The position numbers and the translations under genes were made by a program. A DNA stretch of 64,000 bases from Antedon mediterranea (lineage: Eukaryota > Animalia > Echinodermata), in the NCBI RefSeq assembly GCF_964355755.1, contig NC_092673.1, positions 25,107,648 to 25,171,647 of the forward strand, in the 5' to 3' direction. Every line of letters begins with the position of its first letter. The first letter of the stretch is position 1. The notes beneath the pieces are model-generated. The model searched no databases and was not told the DNA's origin. It worked only from the letters and a program-made list of their open reading frames with translations. This document shows, in pieces, positions 13,157 to 24,552 of this stretch.

Positions 13157-15030
13157 GTTAAAAACAGGTGATTTCATTTTTACAGAAACCGGTCCTATAT
13201 ATTTGTCTACTTTTAGATTGTGGGGGGGGGGGGGTAGTTGTCCTAAGGGGGTGGTTGTCCGGGGGTTGTTATCCTAAGGGGGTAGTTGTCCTAAGGGGGT
13301 AGTTGTCCTAAGTTGGTAGTTGTCCTAAGGGGGTAGTTGTCCTAAGGGGGTAGTTGTCCGGGGGGTAGTTGTCCGGGTGGTAAACATCTGGGGTAACTGT
13401 CTAGGGGGTAGGTGTCCTAGAACCATATTAAATGTTATATTTATATGGAAACACACCTACTTTTGTGTTAGTTGTGTCAACAAACGACCAAATAAAACAA
13501 TCCTAGGCCTAGTAAGGCTAAAACGCCTAGCCTAATAAATAGTAATTAGCATGGCCTAGCTTGGCTGAAAGGCAAAACTTCGACAGACAATTGGAACTTA
13601 TCTAGGCTAATTATGGTTTTTCCAACAATTGTAGGTAATGTCCTCATTAATTAATCAAAATCCTAAAAACGATCTAAAGCTAATTTAAATGCCTTTTTGA
13701 ATGAAATTAGTACATATATATGTCCAAATCGTACACAAAAATCTGCTGCCCGCGGTGGTGTTTACAAACGAAACTCAGACCATGGCGCTGTTGTATTTCA
13801 CAGTACAGAGAGCCATATTACAGATGCAGTATATATCTAACAATTAAAATTTGTTTACAGTACTAGATTTTTTTTCATCCGCGAAACTTTTTTTTTCCTA
13901 CACAAAATAAAAATGTTTAAAAGAGAAACAAAACTGAGGCCAGACGACAGGTGGCGCTGTTGTATTTCACAGTACAGAGCCATATTACAGTATATCTACA
14001 ATTTAGGGTAATTTGTATACTAGATTTTTTTTCATCCGCGAAACGTTTTTTTTTTCGTACACAAAAATTTTTCAAAAAGTACTATTTAACGATCGTTGAA
14101 TAGTGCGAACTATTGCACGCCATGTTACCCACATTTGTCCAATCAAATGACAGGAATTTATATAGGTGTTATATAATACAAAATATTACACCGAATTATC
14201 AAAACAAATTAATTTCTGAAGCTAACTGCTAAAGGGAAAACTGAACTTCTACCGTGTCAACATTGTGGTTAGAATGAAAAAATTATAATTATTAACAAGT
14301 GTGGCTAATTCCAGAGAAAATATTTTCTTTGGTTTTGATTATCCGTTTTATAGTGCGTTAAATCATATTTTACCCAAAGTTTAGTTATTAGTAAGCAATA
14401 CATTTATATACAACGTAAAGGTTAACCTATGCTGAAAGACAGGACCTATTAATTTTACTAATTCGAAATAATAATATAGAAAAATGTATTCATAAAAAAA
14501 AATGCTACTCTGAAAACATTTGAAACAAATGGAACAATTTAAATTGTTTTTTTTCTTGACAGTTACTGCAATGTGAACATTTATTTATAAAATATTAATG
14601 TTTTTTTTTATTCAATGTTAGAAAGTTTTTTTTAAAGTGACGGAATTTTTTTCTTTGATGATTTATGTCTGTTGTTGCCATTTTTGTTCATGTACTGTAT
14701 TATGAAAGTTATATCATCGGCTAATTGGCTAATTCTACCTTCTATGTTATTGTCATTATTCGGAAGTTTAATGCCCTTATAATCGTCTTTGTTTCCCTAG
14801 ATGCCATTACATTGACCACTAAGAAGGAGAGAGAAAAAAGAAAAATACCGTACATTTCGACATGCGGATTGCATTTCAAGAAAAATGAACAATGTTACAG
14901 AAGAAAAATGTTTTATCCAACACGATGCCCATAAGTTCATGATAATAATTTTTCCAGACGATCATTATCATATTGTGAACTAATGTGGCAATGTAAATAA
15001 ACATAACTTTGTGAATTATGCTATTTTAAT

Positions 15031-15484
15031 CAAAGATTATATAGCGCCGCTACGCGGCGCAAGATAGGTAACTGTTGCCAAGCTCCTATCTTATAACACT
15101 ACGCGCCCAGTAAATCCATGGACGCCATTCGGGCGGACAGGTTATTATTGTGATTTAAATGTAAATGGTTTAAATGTTGCGGTCCGCCTCGAAGTATCTG
15201 TGGTTAACCATCCTTATGATTGATTCATGGAAAAGGGAAGAAATTATGTAAACAAAGTAAAATAAAAGTTTCTTTGGGATCTGGACACTTTCCGATTAAT
15301 TCTGTGTGTTTACATTTATATGTTTGGTTAGACAACTTCATTCTTTAACCGAAACATTGTGGATATTGCCTTGACAACGACTTTATTCCGGTTCAAACTT
15401 GTCCGCCGGAATGGCGTCCATGGATTACAAATGTCTCACCCAGTTACCTATCTTGCGCCGCGTAGCGGCGCTATACAATCTTTG
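15031..15484. mobile_element. MITE with CA...TG ends and 7-bp TSD TTTTAAT (P-element-like)
   Basis: ~44-bp TIR caaagattatatagcgccgctacgcggcgcaagataggtaactg. TTTTAAT at 15024-15030 and 15485-15491. Confidence 0.85.
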
Positions 15485-16890
15485 TTTTAATTGCACTGTC
15501 CATGAAGTTTTTGCTTAAACTACTGTATAATTGCGAATTATAAATACAAAGATTAATATAATCTAAGGGTATGTTCACGGAGTTACGGTGGAGTTAGCTA
15601 CGCAAGGGGTACGGTAATCCGTGGCGTTAAAAGCCAAGGTGTTCAGACACAACGACCAACATTCCAATCCCTTGCGTTTAAAACACTCTGATCAGGTCAA
15701 AGCAGATAGAATTATATGTATACATTCATGACAATTACATTGTTTTTTGTTTTTTTTTATTTATATAATGTTTACCTTCAAATATACTGATTTGCTCTTA
15801 CTACTTGTAGAATTGCATTTTAATTCAAAATAATTTAAAACGTAATTGTTACACGGACAATTATCTGATTAATTGATTTAATTTATGAACATATCATCAC
15901 TGACGCCAACTTTACTGTTCTTTAAAATCTGAACCTGAAAATACATTTTACATAGCTATTTCGCTGTCGTATCATAGGGTACGGGTATGTAGTTGCTGTC
16001 TGCTAATCGTGGTCGTGTATTTTCATTGGTTAAGGTTAAAATCACTGATGCATCACTGGATTAGCGTTATGAAATCTACCCTCTCCCGCCCGCAATTTTT
16101 TTTTCGTACATAAGTTGGGGACCCCCTCATGAAACTTCACAAAATAAACATGAATAATTCATCAGTTAAATTTTCTTGTTCCGTGTGCACCCAAGCGTAT
16201 AGCAACAAGAAGCGATTACACAAGTGCGGTACGATTCTAGGCCTATCTCCGCTGTTGCGGCGTGCGATTTCATAGAAGAATAGCGGCGTTTTGTGTGGAT
16301 TGTCGAAATAATCAGCCTTTAGTTTATGGTGTTTTTAATATAATTTATTACTAAAGAATTACGTGTTAAAATTATAGTTTCTATTAATACTATTAGGCCT
16401 AATTATTAGTCTCTAAGAGTCTAAACCCATGTCTATTCTAGTAGTAGCTGTGGGTGTGTGTGACGTGTGTGTGTTAGGTATGACCAAAGATAGTTATCTT
16501 TGGTATGACACAATCCGAGTAATAAGTCAGCAAAATTAAACAATAAATTACACAAAAATACATTTTTTATTCTCGTGGGTCAAATCTTCCCATCTCATGT
16601 GTTCATATACGCGCATTTTTAAAGTTCCTTTGAGTACATCATGCATATTGTTTGATAATAAAATAGCAGAATTAAAAAAAATACAGTACACAAATTATAC
16701 ACATTCTTTATTCTTGTGGGTCTAAGCTTTCTTTGGGCTATGTCCAATGAATTACTACTTAGTTTAATTTCTTGCCTAGCTGTCGATTAGCCTCGACTCG
16801 ACACATTATGTGTGAAGAAGAGTGCGCGAAGGCAATCACGTGAATTGACTTAGAATCCTAGGCCTACGTAGAAAGTATCGTATCGCAGTT

Positions 16891-18647
16891 GGGTGTGTAG
16901 AAAGCGACGACCTCGAATTGGACGACCCCAACGACCCGGGCGACCTCGAATTGGACGACCTAGAATTGGACGACCCATAACACGAAACCGACGACCCCTA
17001 TAATAGCCTAGCCTAGCCTAGGCCTAAGTATGGTATAACATCCCGAAGCCGAACATAACCAAAGATCTTTAAACCATACCTTATATAATACTCGCAAGCA
17101 AGCAATTGATTGAAAAAATACAGAAATATCGCCATTTCATACTGAATGTGTCGACACGAACAAACGAACAGATATGGAACGCCAAGAGTGCATCATTAAA
17201 ACTGCATTCGACTCGATTAGCACACGAAATATCATAAACATGGCAAACCAGGCCCCTTTTTCAGCGGCAGGTAAGGTTTGTTTACCTCCATGGTTTGACC
17301 AGCTCCATGGTTTGACCATAGAGGTATAAAAATATTGTTATACCTCCATGGTTTGACCGTATAGGCCTACAATGCATGTGTGAAATGTAAAGCTTTCTTA
17401 TGGCCCTCCCCATGCAGGATTAGGCCAAGTTGAGCCGCCGACAAGTTGAGGCGCCGCCAGAAAAACGTTATTTTCTATGAAACGCCAAATGCTTACTTTC
17501 GCCGGTGCTCGTTTCTATTTAATAGAAGTTCTATTTATATTAATTATTAGATATAACGATGTATATTCCAAAGTTTATATATCACGGTTTTTAGTATATA
17601 TTATTAAATATTATAATTAAAGAGAAATAATTATGAATATCTGACTTGTAGATTCCAAAATATAAGGCTTAAAACATGACCGAAAATGATCGTTTTTAGC
17701 CAAAAATGACGTAAACATGTTTCCCCCTCAGGCGGCAGTTGAAGTAAAATAATTGCATAAAATCACCGTTTTTTAGTAAAATATTTTGTGTATTAACATT
17801 GTAAAATTCAATAAAATATGATATTAAAAGATAGTAAATAAAAAATAATAATTATTTAACCTCATTCGAAGAATATCAATACTCTATTAGTCCTGAGAGA
17901 CAATGTGATTTTACGTGGTAGGCATACACACGCGAGAAAAATATTATGGAGTGCACTGCATTTTTACCTTGAAAGATTAAAAACAATTAAATTATTAAAT
18001 ATGACTACTTTCCTTTGCTGTTTCAAACCAACAAAATTGTAGTATGTAATTATTATTTATTTTCATGACACAATAAACCTAAAGACCATGAACTTATGTA
18101 GGGCCTACTAGGACACCACTCTATTACTACGCGAAATGTCGTAAAAGACGCACTGGCCGTTTCATAGAAATTACCGGCGGCTCAACTTGTCGGCGGCCCA
18201 ACCGGTCATATCCCCCCATGCACATGCCTATAGTGTTCGTTATAAGAAGACGAGATGTAATTATACGTCCATGGTTTAACCATGTATTGTATAATATTTA
18301 TTTCTTTTTAATTTATTTTTAATATGTCGAATGCAGTTTTAATGATGCACTCTTGGCGTTCCATATCTTTTCGTTTGTTCGTGTCGACACAATCAGTATC
18401 AAATGGCGATATTTCTGTATTTTTTCAATCAATTGCTTGCTTGCGAGTATTATATAATGAGGTATAGTTTAAAGATCTTTGGCTATGTTCGGCTTCGGGA
18501 TGTTATACCACACTTAGGCCTAGGCTAGGCTAGGCTATAGGGGTCGTCGGTTTCGTGTTATGGGTCGTTCAATTCGAGGTCGTTCAATTCGAGGTCGCCC
18601 GGGTCGTTGGGGTCGTCCAATTCGAGGTCGTCGCTTTCTACACACCC
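16891..18647. mobile_element. Mutator-like long-TIR element, 10-bp TSD TATCGCAGTT
   Basis: gggtgtgtagaaagcgacgacctcgaattggacgacc... TIRs of ~320 bp. TATCGCAGTT at 16881-16890 and 18648-18657. A second copy starts at 62341. Confidence 0.92.
17417..18213. mobile_element. Inner Mutator-like MITE, 9-bp TSD CCCCATGCA
   Basis: gccgccgacaagttgag inverted repeats near both ends. CCCCATGCA at 17408-17416 and 18214-18222. Confidence 0.8.
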
Positions 18648-19811
18648 TATCGCAGTTGTGTAAATCACTTCTTGTTGCTATACGCTTGGGTGCACACGGA
18701 ACAACAAATTTAACTGATGAATTATTCATGTTTATTTTGTGACGTTTCATGAGGGGTCCCCAACTTATGTACGAAAAAAAAAAATCGCCTCCCGCCCGCG
18801 TAGAGTTAATAACGAGCTTTCGTTGTAGTACGGAAGTAGTTCAGTACGGTAATTTGAACCGAAATGTGATCCACGCATGCGCAGAAATTTGAGACTCACC
18901 GTAGCGTTAAATTTGAGAACGGTAGTGAGAAGAAATAGCGTCCTGTCTGAAACGTACGGTACATTCAGCTGTGTATTTTAATTATGGAGGACACGATGGA
19001 AGTAGTATCGTCAAGAGTAAAGCAGTTTAATCAGTCGTTATTTTAACTTATTGTAATCAAACATGGACTAGGCTATAGCATATTAAATGAATGTTCATTA
19101 ATGTCAAGTTTCAAGTTTATTGTTTCACACAATACAATACAATATAATACAGAAACATAAATTAATAAATACAATTGTGTGAGCAGGACGCATTACTAAG
19201 CCAAGGCTTTAAGTTTGGTCCTCCAGAGAAGTAAAAATATATTTAATTATTTAATTTAAGCATTACTTACTAACTAACAATGTAGTGCTCTAGATCAGTG
19301 ATACAAAATATAAAATAAAAAAATTGGCTTAGAGATTCGGCCTAGGCCTAGCCTGAAATAGCCTGAAATAGCTTTTGCATTCATCATCGTTGAATTTATC
19401 TAAGTTGAATTGATATTCATCGCTTTTATACTGAAAACTTGGAGAATTCATACTATACAACATAATGAATTCTTCCTCGTCTAGAACATCTGAAATATAG
19501 GCAGCAACAAGAGCGCTGCATCTCGTAACCTATGTAGGTTCGCCATGTTGTGTGAGATGCTGAAAGCCGAGACAACTGATGATGATACCTGATCGCACTA
19601 TGACGTCGCGCACATGTTCCCGTCGCGTGAACAAAACGAAACAAACAGACATGACGGGAGCCTAGTAAATGAGTACGGTCACGGTTGGTTAAACCGGCCG
19701 TACTGCACGTTTACCGTCCCGTTAGCGCCCGTTACGAAAGCTCGCTAACGCCACTGGCGCGGAGTAACAGCTCCCTAACGCTAATCCGCGGCATGGTTCA
19801 GACACAAAAAT

Positions 19812-22773
19812 AATTAGATTTAATTCGTCACTATGACGAATTATAGGTTATATGCATTGATTTAAATAAAGATAATTGATTTTTAAAAAATATATTGATT
19901 GATTGATTTTCTCAGAATCTTTAATTATTTATAATATATGATAGGACCTTGCTAACGCGAACACCATAGCCGGTATCACAATCCGATCAAAGATCCATAT
20001 GCGTATAATGTCATTAACCACATTTGTTGTTACATAATAATAAAGACATAAGTTAATTTTTATCTAGATTTCATTATAAATCATGTGTATAATCTATACA
20101 CTAAGAAATAAATTTGAACAAACAATACGGATAATAAAAAAAAACTTATTTTGTTTCGTTTCCCAAGGTGAGACTCGATCTCGGTACTTGAATGCTATAG
20201 ACACGAGCAAAGACCACCGAGCCATACACAACTGACTAAAAGTTATGGAAAGATTCCTCCGTGTATTTACTATGCAGTAACCACTTTGGTGCAGATAGAT
20301 TATTACATACCGCAATGAATTATAATGTTTTACTATGATGACATCTTTAAAAATTAAAAAAAATGATGCACTGTCAAACTATATACTTTTAACTTTAATA
20401 TATGAACTTCTTAAGGAAGAAAGTTAACATTAAGTTTGTTATTTTGGCCTAAGAAAATGTTATAATTTGTTTGATTGTCGAAATTAATTTTGTTAAATTT
20501 AATATGCCATTAATGATGACTTAATCAACTTTTGTTCTTCTAATTTCATAATAAATCATACATATGATACATACACTTCAAGAAAATTAAATAAAAAATA
20601 GGTGTTCCCGAGCATTCTAACGATATATATTAATTTTAAAATTTAGCATATTTTCACCATTTTGTTAACTTACACGTGCGTAGCCCGTCACTTTTGACGT
20701 GCTCGTATAACGCTGTTTCGCGTTGAAAAGTGAATAAAATATGATGATATTATTAAAGAAAGGTTATACAACAGTAATCGGACACAAACAGTGCGCATTA
20801 ACGTTTGACGCGCAGTGCGCGTGCAAAAATCTGCGCACTCATGGCAATTTTTTAAACGCTTAAAATTGCCTGAAACGTACTCTAATTTCATCGAAAATAA
20901 ATTCTGACAATTTTCAACATTTTAAGCGCGCGTACGCATGCGTTATATGAGCTACGCACGGAATTGTATTGCCATATGATGAAATATGACCTGAAATTTA
21001 TGAGTACCAAATTTTGTTTAAAAGTGATTCATGTTTGTGAAGATATGACTACAAACGTGATTTCGTTAAATCGCGCGTAGACCGCGTAATTTTTGATTGC
21101 GCATCGTGAAAACATAACCACATCGATTCCTGGCCATAAGGAATATACTCTGAAAAATTGACTTAGATAGATGAAACTGATGCCAAGATAATTCACGGAC
21201 AAATAGTGCTAAGGAAAGAATAAATAAATAAACTAGATTTAATTCGTCACTATGACGAATTATAGGTTATATGCATTGATTTAAATAAAGATAATTGATT
21301 TTTAAAAGATATATTGATTGATTGATTTTCTCAGAATCTTTAATTATTTATAATAAATGATAGGACCTTGCTAACGCGAACACCATAGCCGGTATCACAA
21401 TCCGATCAAAGATCCTCTGCGTATAATGTCATAAACCGCATTTGTTGTTACATAATAATAAAGACATAAAGTAACTTTTTATCTAGATTTCATTATAAAT
21501 CATGTGTATAATCTATACACTAAGAAATAAATTTGAACAAACAATACGGATAATAAAAAAAAAAATCTTATTTCGTTTCCCAGGTGAGACTCGAACTCGG
21601 TACCTTGAATGGCATAGACACGAGCACAGCCCATCGAGCCATACACAACTGACTAAAAGTTGGAGAAAAATTCCTTCGTGTATTTACTATGCAGTAACCA
21701 CTTTGGTGCAGATAGATTATTACATACCGCAATGGATTATAATGTTTTACTATGATGACATCTTTAAAAATTGAAAAAAATGATGCACTGTCAAACTATA
21801 TACTTTTAACTTTAATATATGAACTTCTTAAGGAAGAAAGTTAATGTTAAGTTTGTTATTTTGGCCTAAGAAAATGTTATAATTTGTTTGATTGTCGAAA
21901 TTAATTTTGTTAAATTTAATATGCCATTAATGATGGCTTAATCAACTTTTGTTCTTCTAATTTCATAATAAATCATACATATGATACATACACTTCAAGA
22001 AAATTAAATAAAAAATAGGTGTTCCCGAGCATTCTAACGATATATATTAATTTTAAAATTTAGCATATTTTCACCATTTTGTTAACTTACACGTGCGTAG
22101 CCTGTCACTTTTGACGTGCTTGTATAACGCTGTTTCGCATTGAAAAGTGAATAAAATATGATGATATTATTAAAGAAAGGTTATACAACAGTAATCGGAC
22201 AAAAACAGTGCGCATTAACGTTTGACGCGCAGTGCACGTGCAAAAATCTGCGCACTCATGGCAATTTTTTAAACGCTTAAAATTGCCTGAAACGTATTCT
22301 AATTTCATCGAAAATAAATTCTGACAATTGTCAACATTCTAAGCGCGCGTACGCATGCGTTATATGCGCTACGCACGTAATTGTATTGCCATATGATGAA
22401 ATATGACCTGAAATTTATGAGTACCAAATTTTGTTTAAAAGTGATTCATGCTTGTGAAGATATGATTACAAACGTGATTTCGTTAAATCGCGCGTAGACC
22501 GCGTAATGTTTGATTGCGCACCCTGAAAACATAACCACATCGATTCCTGGCCATAAGGAATATACTCTGAAAAATTGACTTAGATAGATGAAACTGATAT
22601 CAAGATAATTCACGGACAAAATAGTGCTAAGGAAAGAATAAATAAAGAAATAAATAAAGATTCTGACAGAATCAAGAGGTTATATGCATATCATGCATAT
22701 AACCTAATAAATAAATAAATAAAGATTTTGACAGAATCAAGAGGTTATATGCATATCATGCATATAACCTAAT
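19812..22773 (+). mobile_element. Head-to-tail dimer (~1.42-kb unit) of a Helentron-like (HINE) element
   Basis: agatttaattcgtcactatgacgaattataggttatatgcat at 19816 and 21235. The 3' hairpin ggttatatgcat-atc-atgcatataacc occurs twice (22677, 22743) and matches the 5' subterminal motif. Confidence 0.75.
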
Positions 22774-23068
22774 TATGTACGCCGCTTACATAACTCCACC
22801 GTAACTCCGTGAGTCTGAACATACCCTTAGTAAATCCTACCGACAGATGTCGATGATGCAATTTTATATTATATTTAAACAAAAAATTATAAATAATCTA
22901 TTATTTTATTATTTCTGTACGTATAATGTTATAACTATATACATTTATATTCTACACCATATGGCTGTACTTTTTGCGAAAGTGAACCACCTTAGTTGAT
23001 GATGCTTCAAATGGCAGGTTAAGTTACAATACCACCAGTATAAACAAAAATAAAGTTAATCAAAAGGC

Positions 23069-23153
23069 TATATAAACGGCGAAAAATATTGATACTTCAT
23101 TAGTTTTGGGTTGTCAATATCATTGAAGCAGAGAAACATAGATCAAGGTAAGA
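23069..23153 (+). promoter_or_regulatory. Putative TATA box, non-coding first exon and splice donor of the 24553 gene
   Basis: tatataaa at 23069-23076, Inr-like tcattagt about 28 bp downstream, donor caag|gtaaga at 23148. Matching acceptor ttttcag|aactatg at 24548. Confidence 0.6.
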
Positions 23154-24552
23154 ATAACTCTTTTGATACTTCTAATAAAATATTCTAACTTTGTAAAAGT
23201 CGGCTAAACCTTTTGCCTTTCTGGCAGGAAAGGTGTACTTGACATCTTTCACTAGTGCTACTGGATAGTGGTCTGAATTGACTATTGTTGTATCAATAAC
23301 ACTCTTTGTATGTTGATAGCTTAATATAATACCACGACTGTTAGTTATACTAGGTACTATTCAATGGTTCTATTACATGGCAGCATTTTCTAACACTGTG
23401 TGTAACGCTAGGCCGTAGAGTACTGCGCGTTTCTAAACCCGTGGTGTGGGCCGTCAATTTACTGTTCTCCGTGGCAAAAAGCCGTAACTTTTAAAATAGC
23501 TCAGCCTTTGACATTGATCAATGATGGAACAGACGGTTTCACTTAATAAACATTTATTTTCGACCAGTAGATGACGTGTTAAAAAACGAACAAAAAATGA
23601 ATGTTTTATATTCGTTAAATAAAAGCCTAACTGAAAACAGTCTATCTTTCAACTCACGAACATTTTCTTCTGATTCAACATTCATTATCTGTATAATATA
23701 TACATATATATATATTAATAACACTACGTTTTTATAGTATAGGCAATCATTCTGTCACTTAATTATTAGTTTTGTTGAAAAGTATCTATATTGAAAATCG
23801 CCATACCCAAAATATACTGTTGATACTTGCGGTACCGTACTTGTCAGACGATAAATGCTATAATTTTCTCGATTTATGCTTGGTTTCCGCTTGGACCCAA
23901 TGCAACGACGTAGGCACAACGAAACGTGCTTGCGTTGCGTCCAAGTGGGAACCAACTTTTTTGGACAAAACAGAAATGATGATTATAATATACTTTTAAT
24001 ACAATATTCAATTTTTTTTAATCGAACATTAGAGGATGTAGTAGTCAAACATAATTATTGTTTATGAGTGCGATGGTACTAAAAGTATATTCTTGTCATT
24101 GTAATCAGATTAAAACGTATGCCTGCTATAATAGGCTAGGATACCTAATTTGTTTTTTATAACATCTAAAGAAGGTATTTATCTGCTTAGTAAATCGCGA
24201 AAGAGCAAAACCTGACAGATCAACCGCCTTCCTTCTTTGTTGTTGAGGTCGCGAGTAGTTTCCGGTCTTTAGCTGGTTGATAGTAATTCACCGTGCTCTC
24301 GCTGTAGCATGTTCAAAATCGTTGTATCATGAGGAACGTATTGTTGTTATGTTTTGTGCTGTCCGGGCTTTATACGGTAAAAATAAATTGGAATTTACCG
24401 CGCTATGTGGAGCGATTGATTGGACACTTACTTTTTATCATGTGACCCACAATCTTCTAATCAAAAGACAGAAATATTCAGGAATATATTTAGGCGTTTC
24501 ATAATAGTAAATACATTTTATTTAATGCATTTGTAAATTTATTTTCAGAACT

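Larger units (their letters stand above)
5157..13424. mobile_element. Mutator-like foldback element with modular ggacaactacccc terminal arrays, 9-bp TSD ATATTAAAT
   Basis: ggacaactaccccc array at 5160-5600 and its reverse complement at 13225-13420. ATATTAAAT at 5148-5156 and 13425-13433; only one copy at the empty site near 56929. Family assigned from TSD length only. Confidence 0.8.
4985..14180. mobile_element. Non-autonomous repeat (same family as 56636-57550) split by an 8.3-kb insertion
   Basis: 4985-5156 joined to 13434-14180 reproduces the contiguous sequence at ~56785-57550. Confidence 0.85.
16093..18787. mobile_element. Element with ~130-bp inverted arms, hosting the 16891-18647 insertion
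   Basis: cgtacataagttgggg...gcaacaagaag (16105-16212) is inverted at ~18665-18775. Confidence 0.7.
15566..22827. mobile_element. TIR-bounded non-autonomous element enlarged by nested insertions
   Basis: agggtatgttca..cggagttacggtggagtta at 15566 and its reverse complement ending at 22827, flanked by TA on both sides. Superfamily uncertain (Harbinger-like or TA-target). Confidence 0.65.

Noticed and set aside
12735-13277. Repetitive ORFs GSPFSY / IRKGRP
   Set aside because: Translations of the 22-bp minisatellite inside a MITE.
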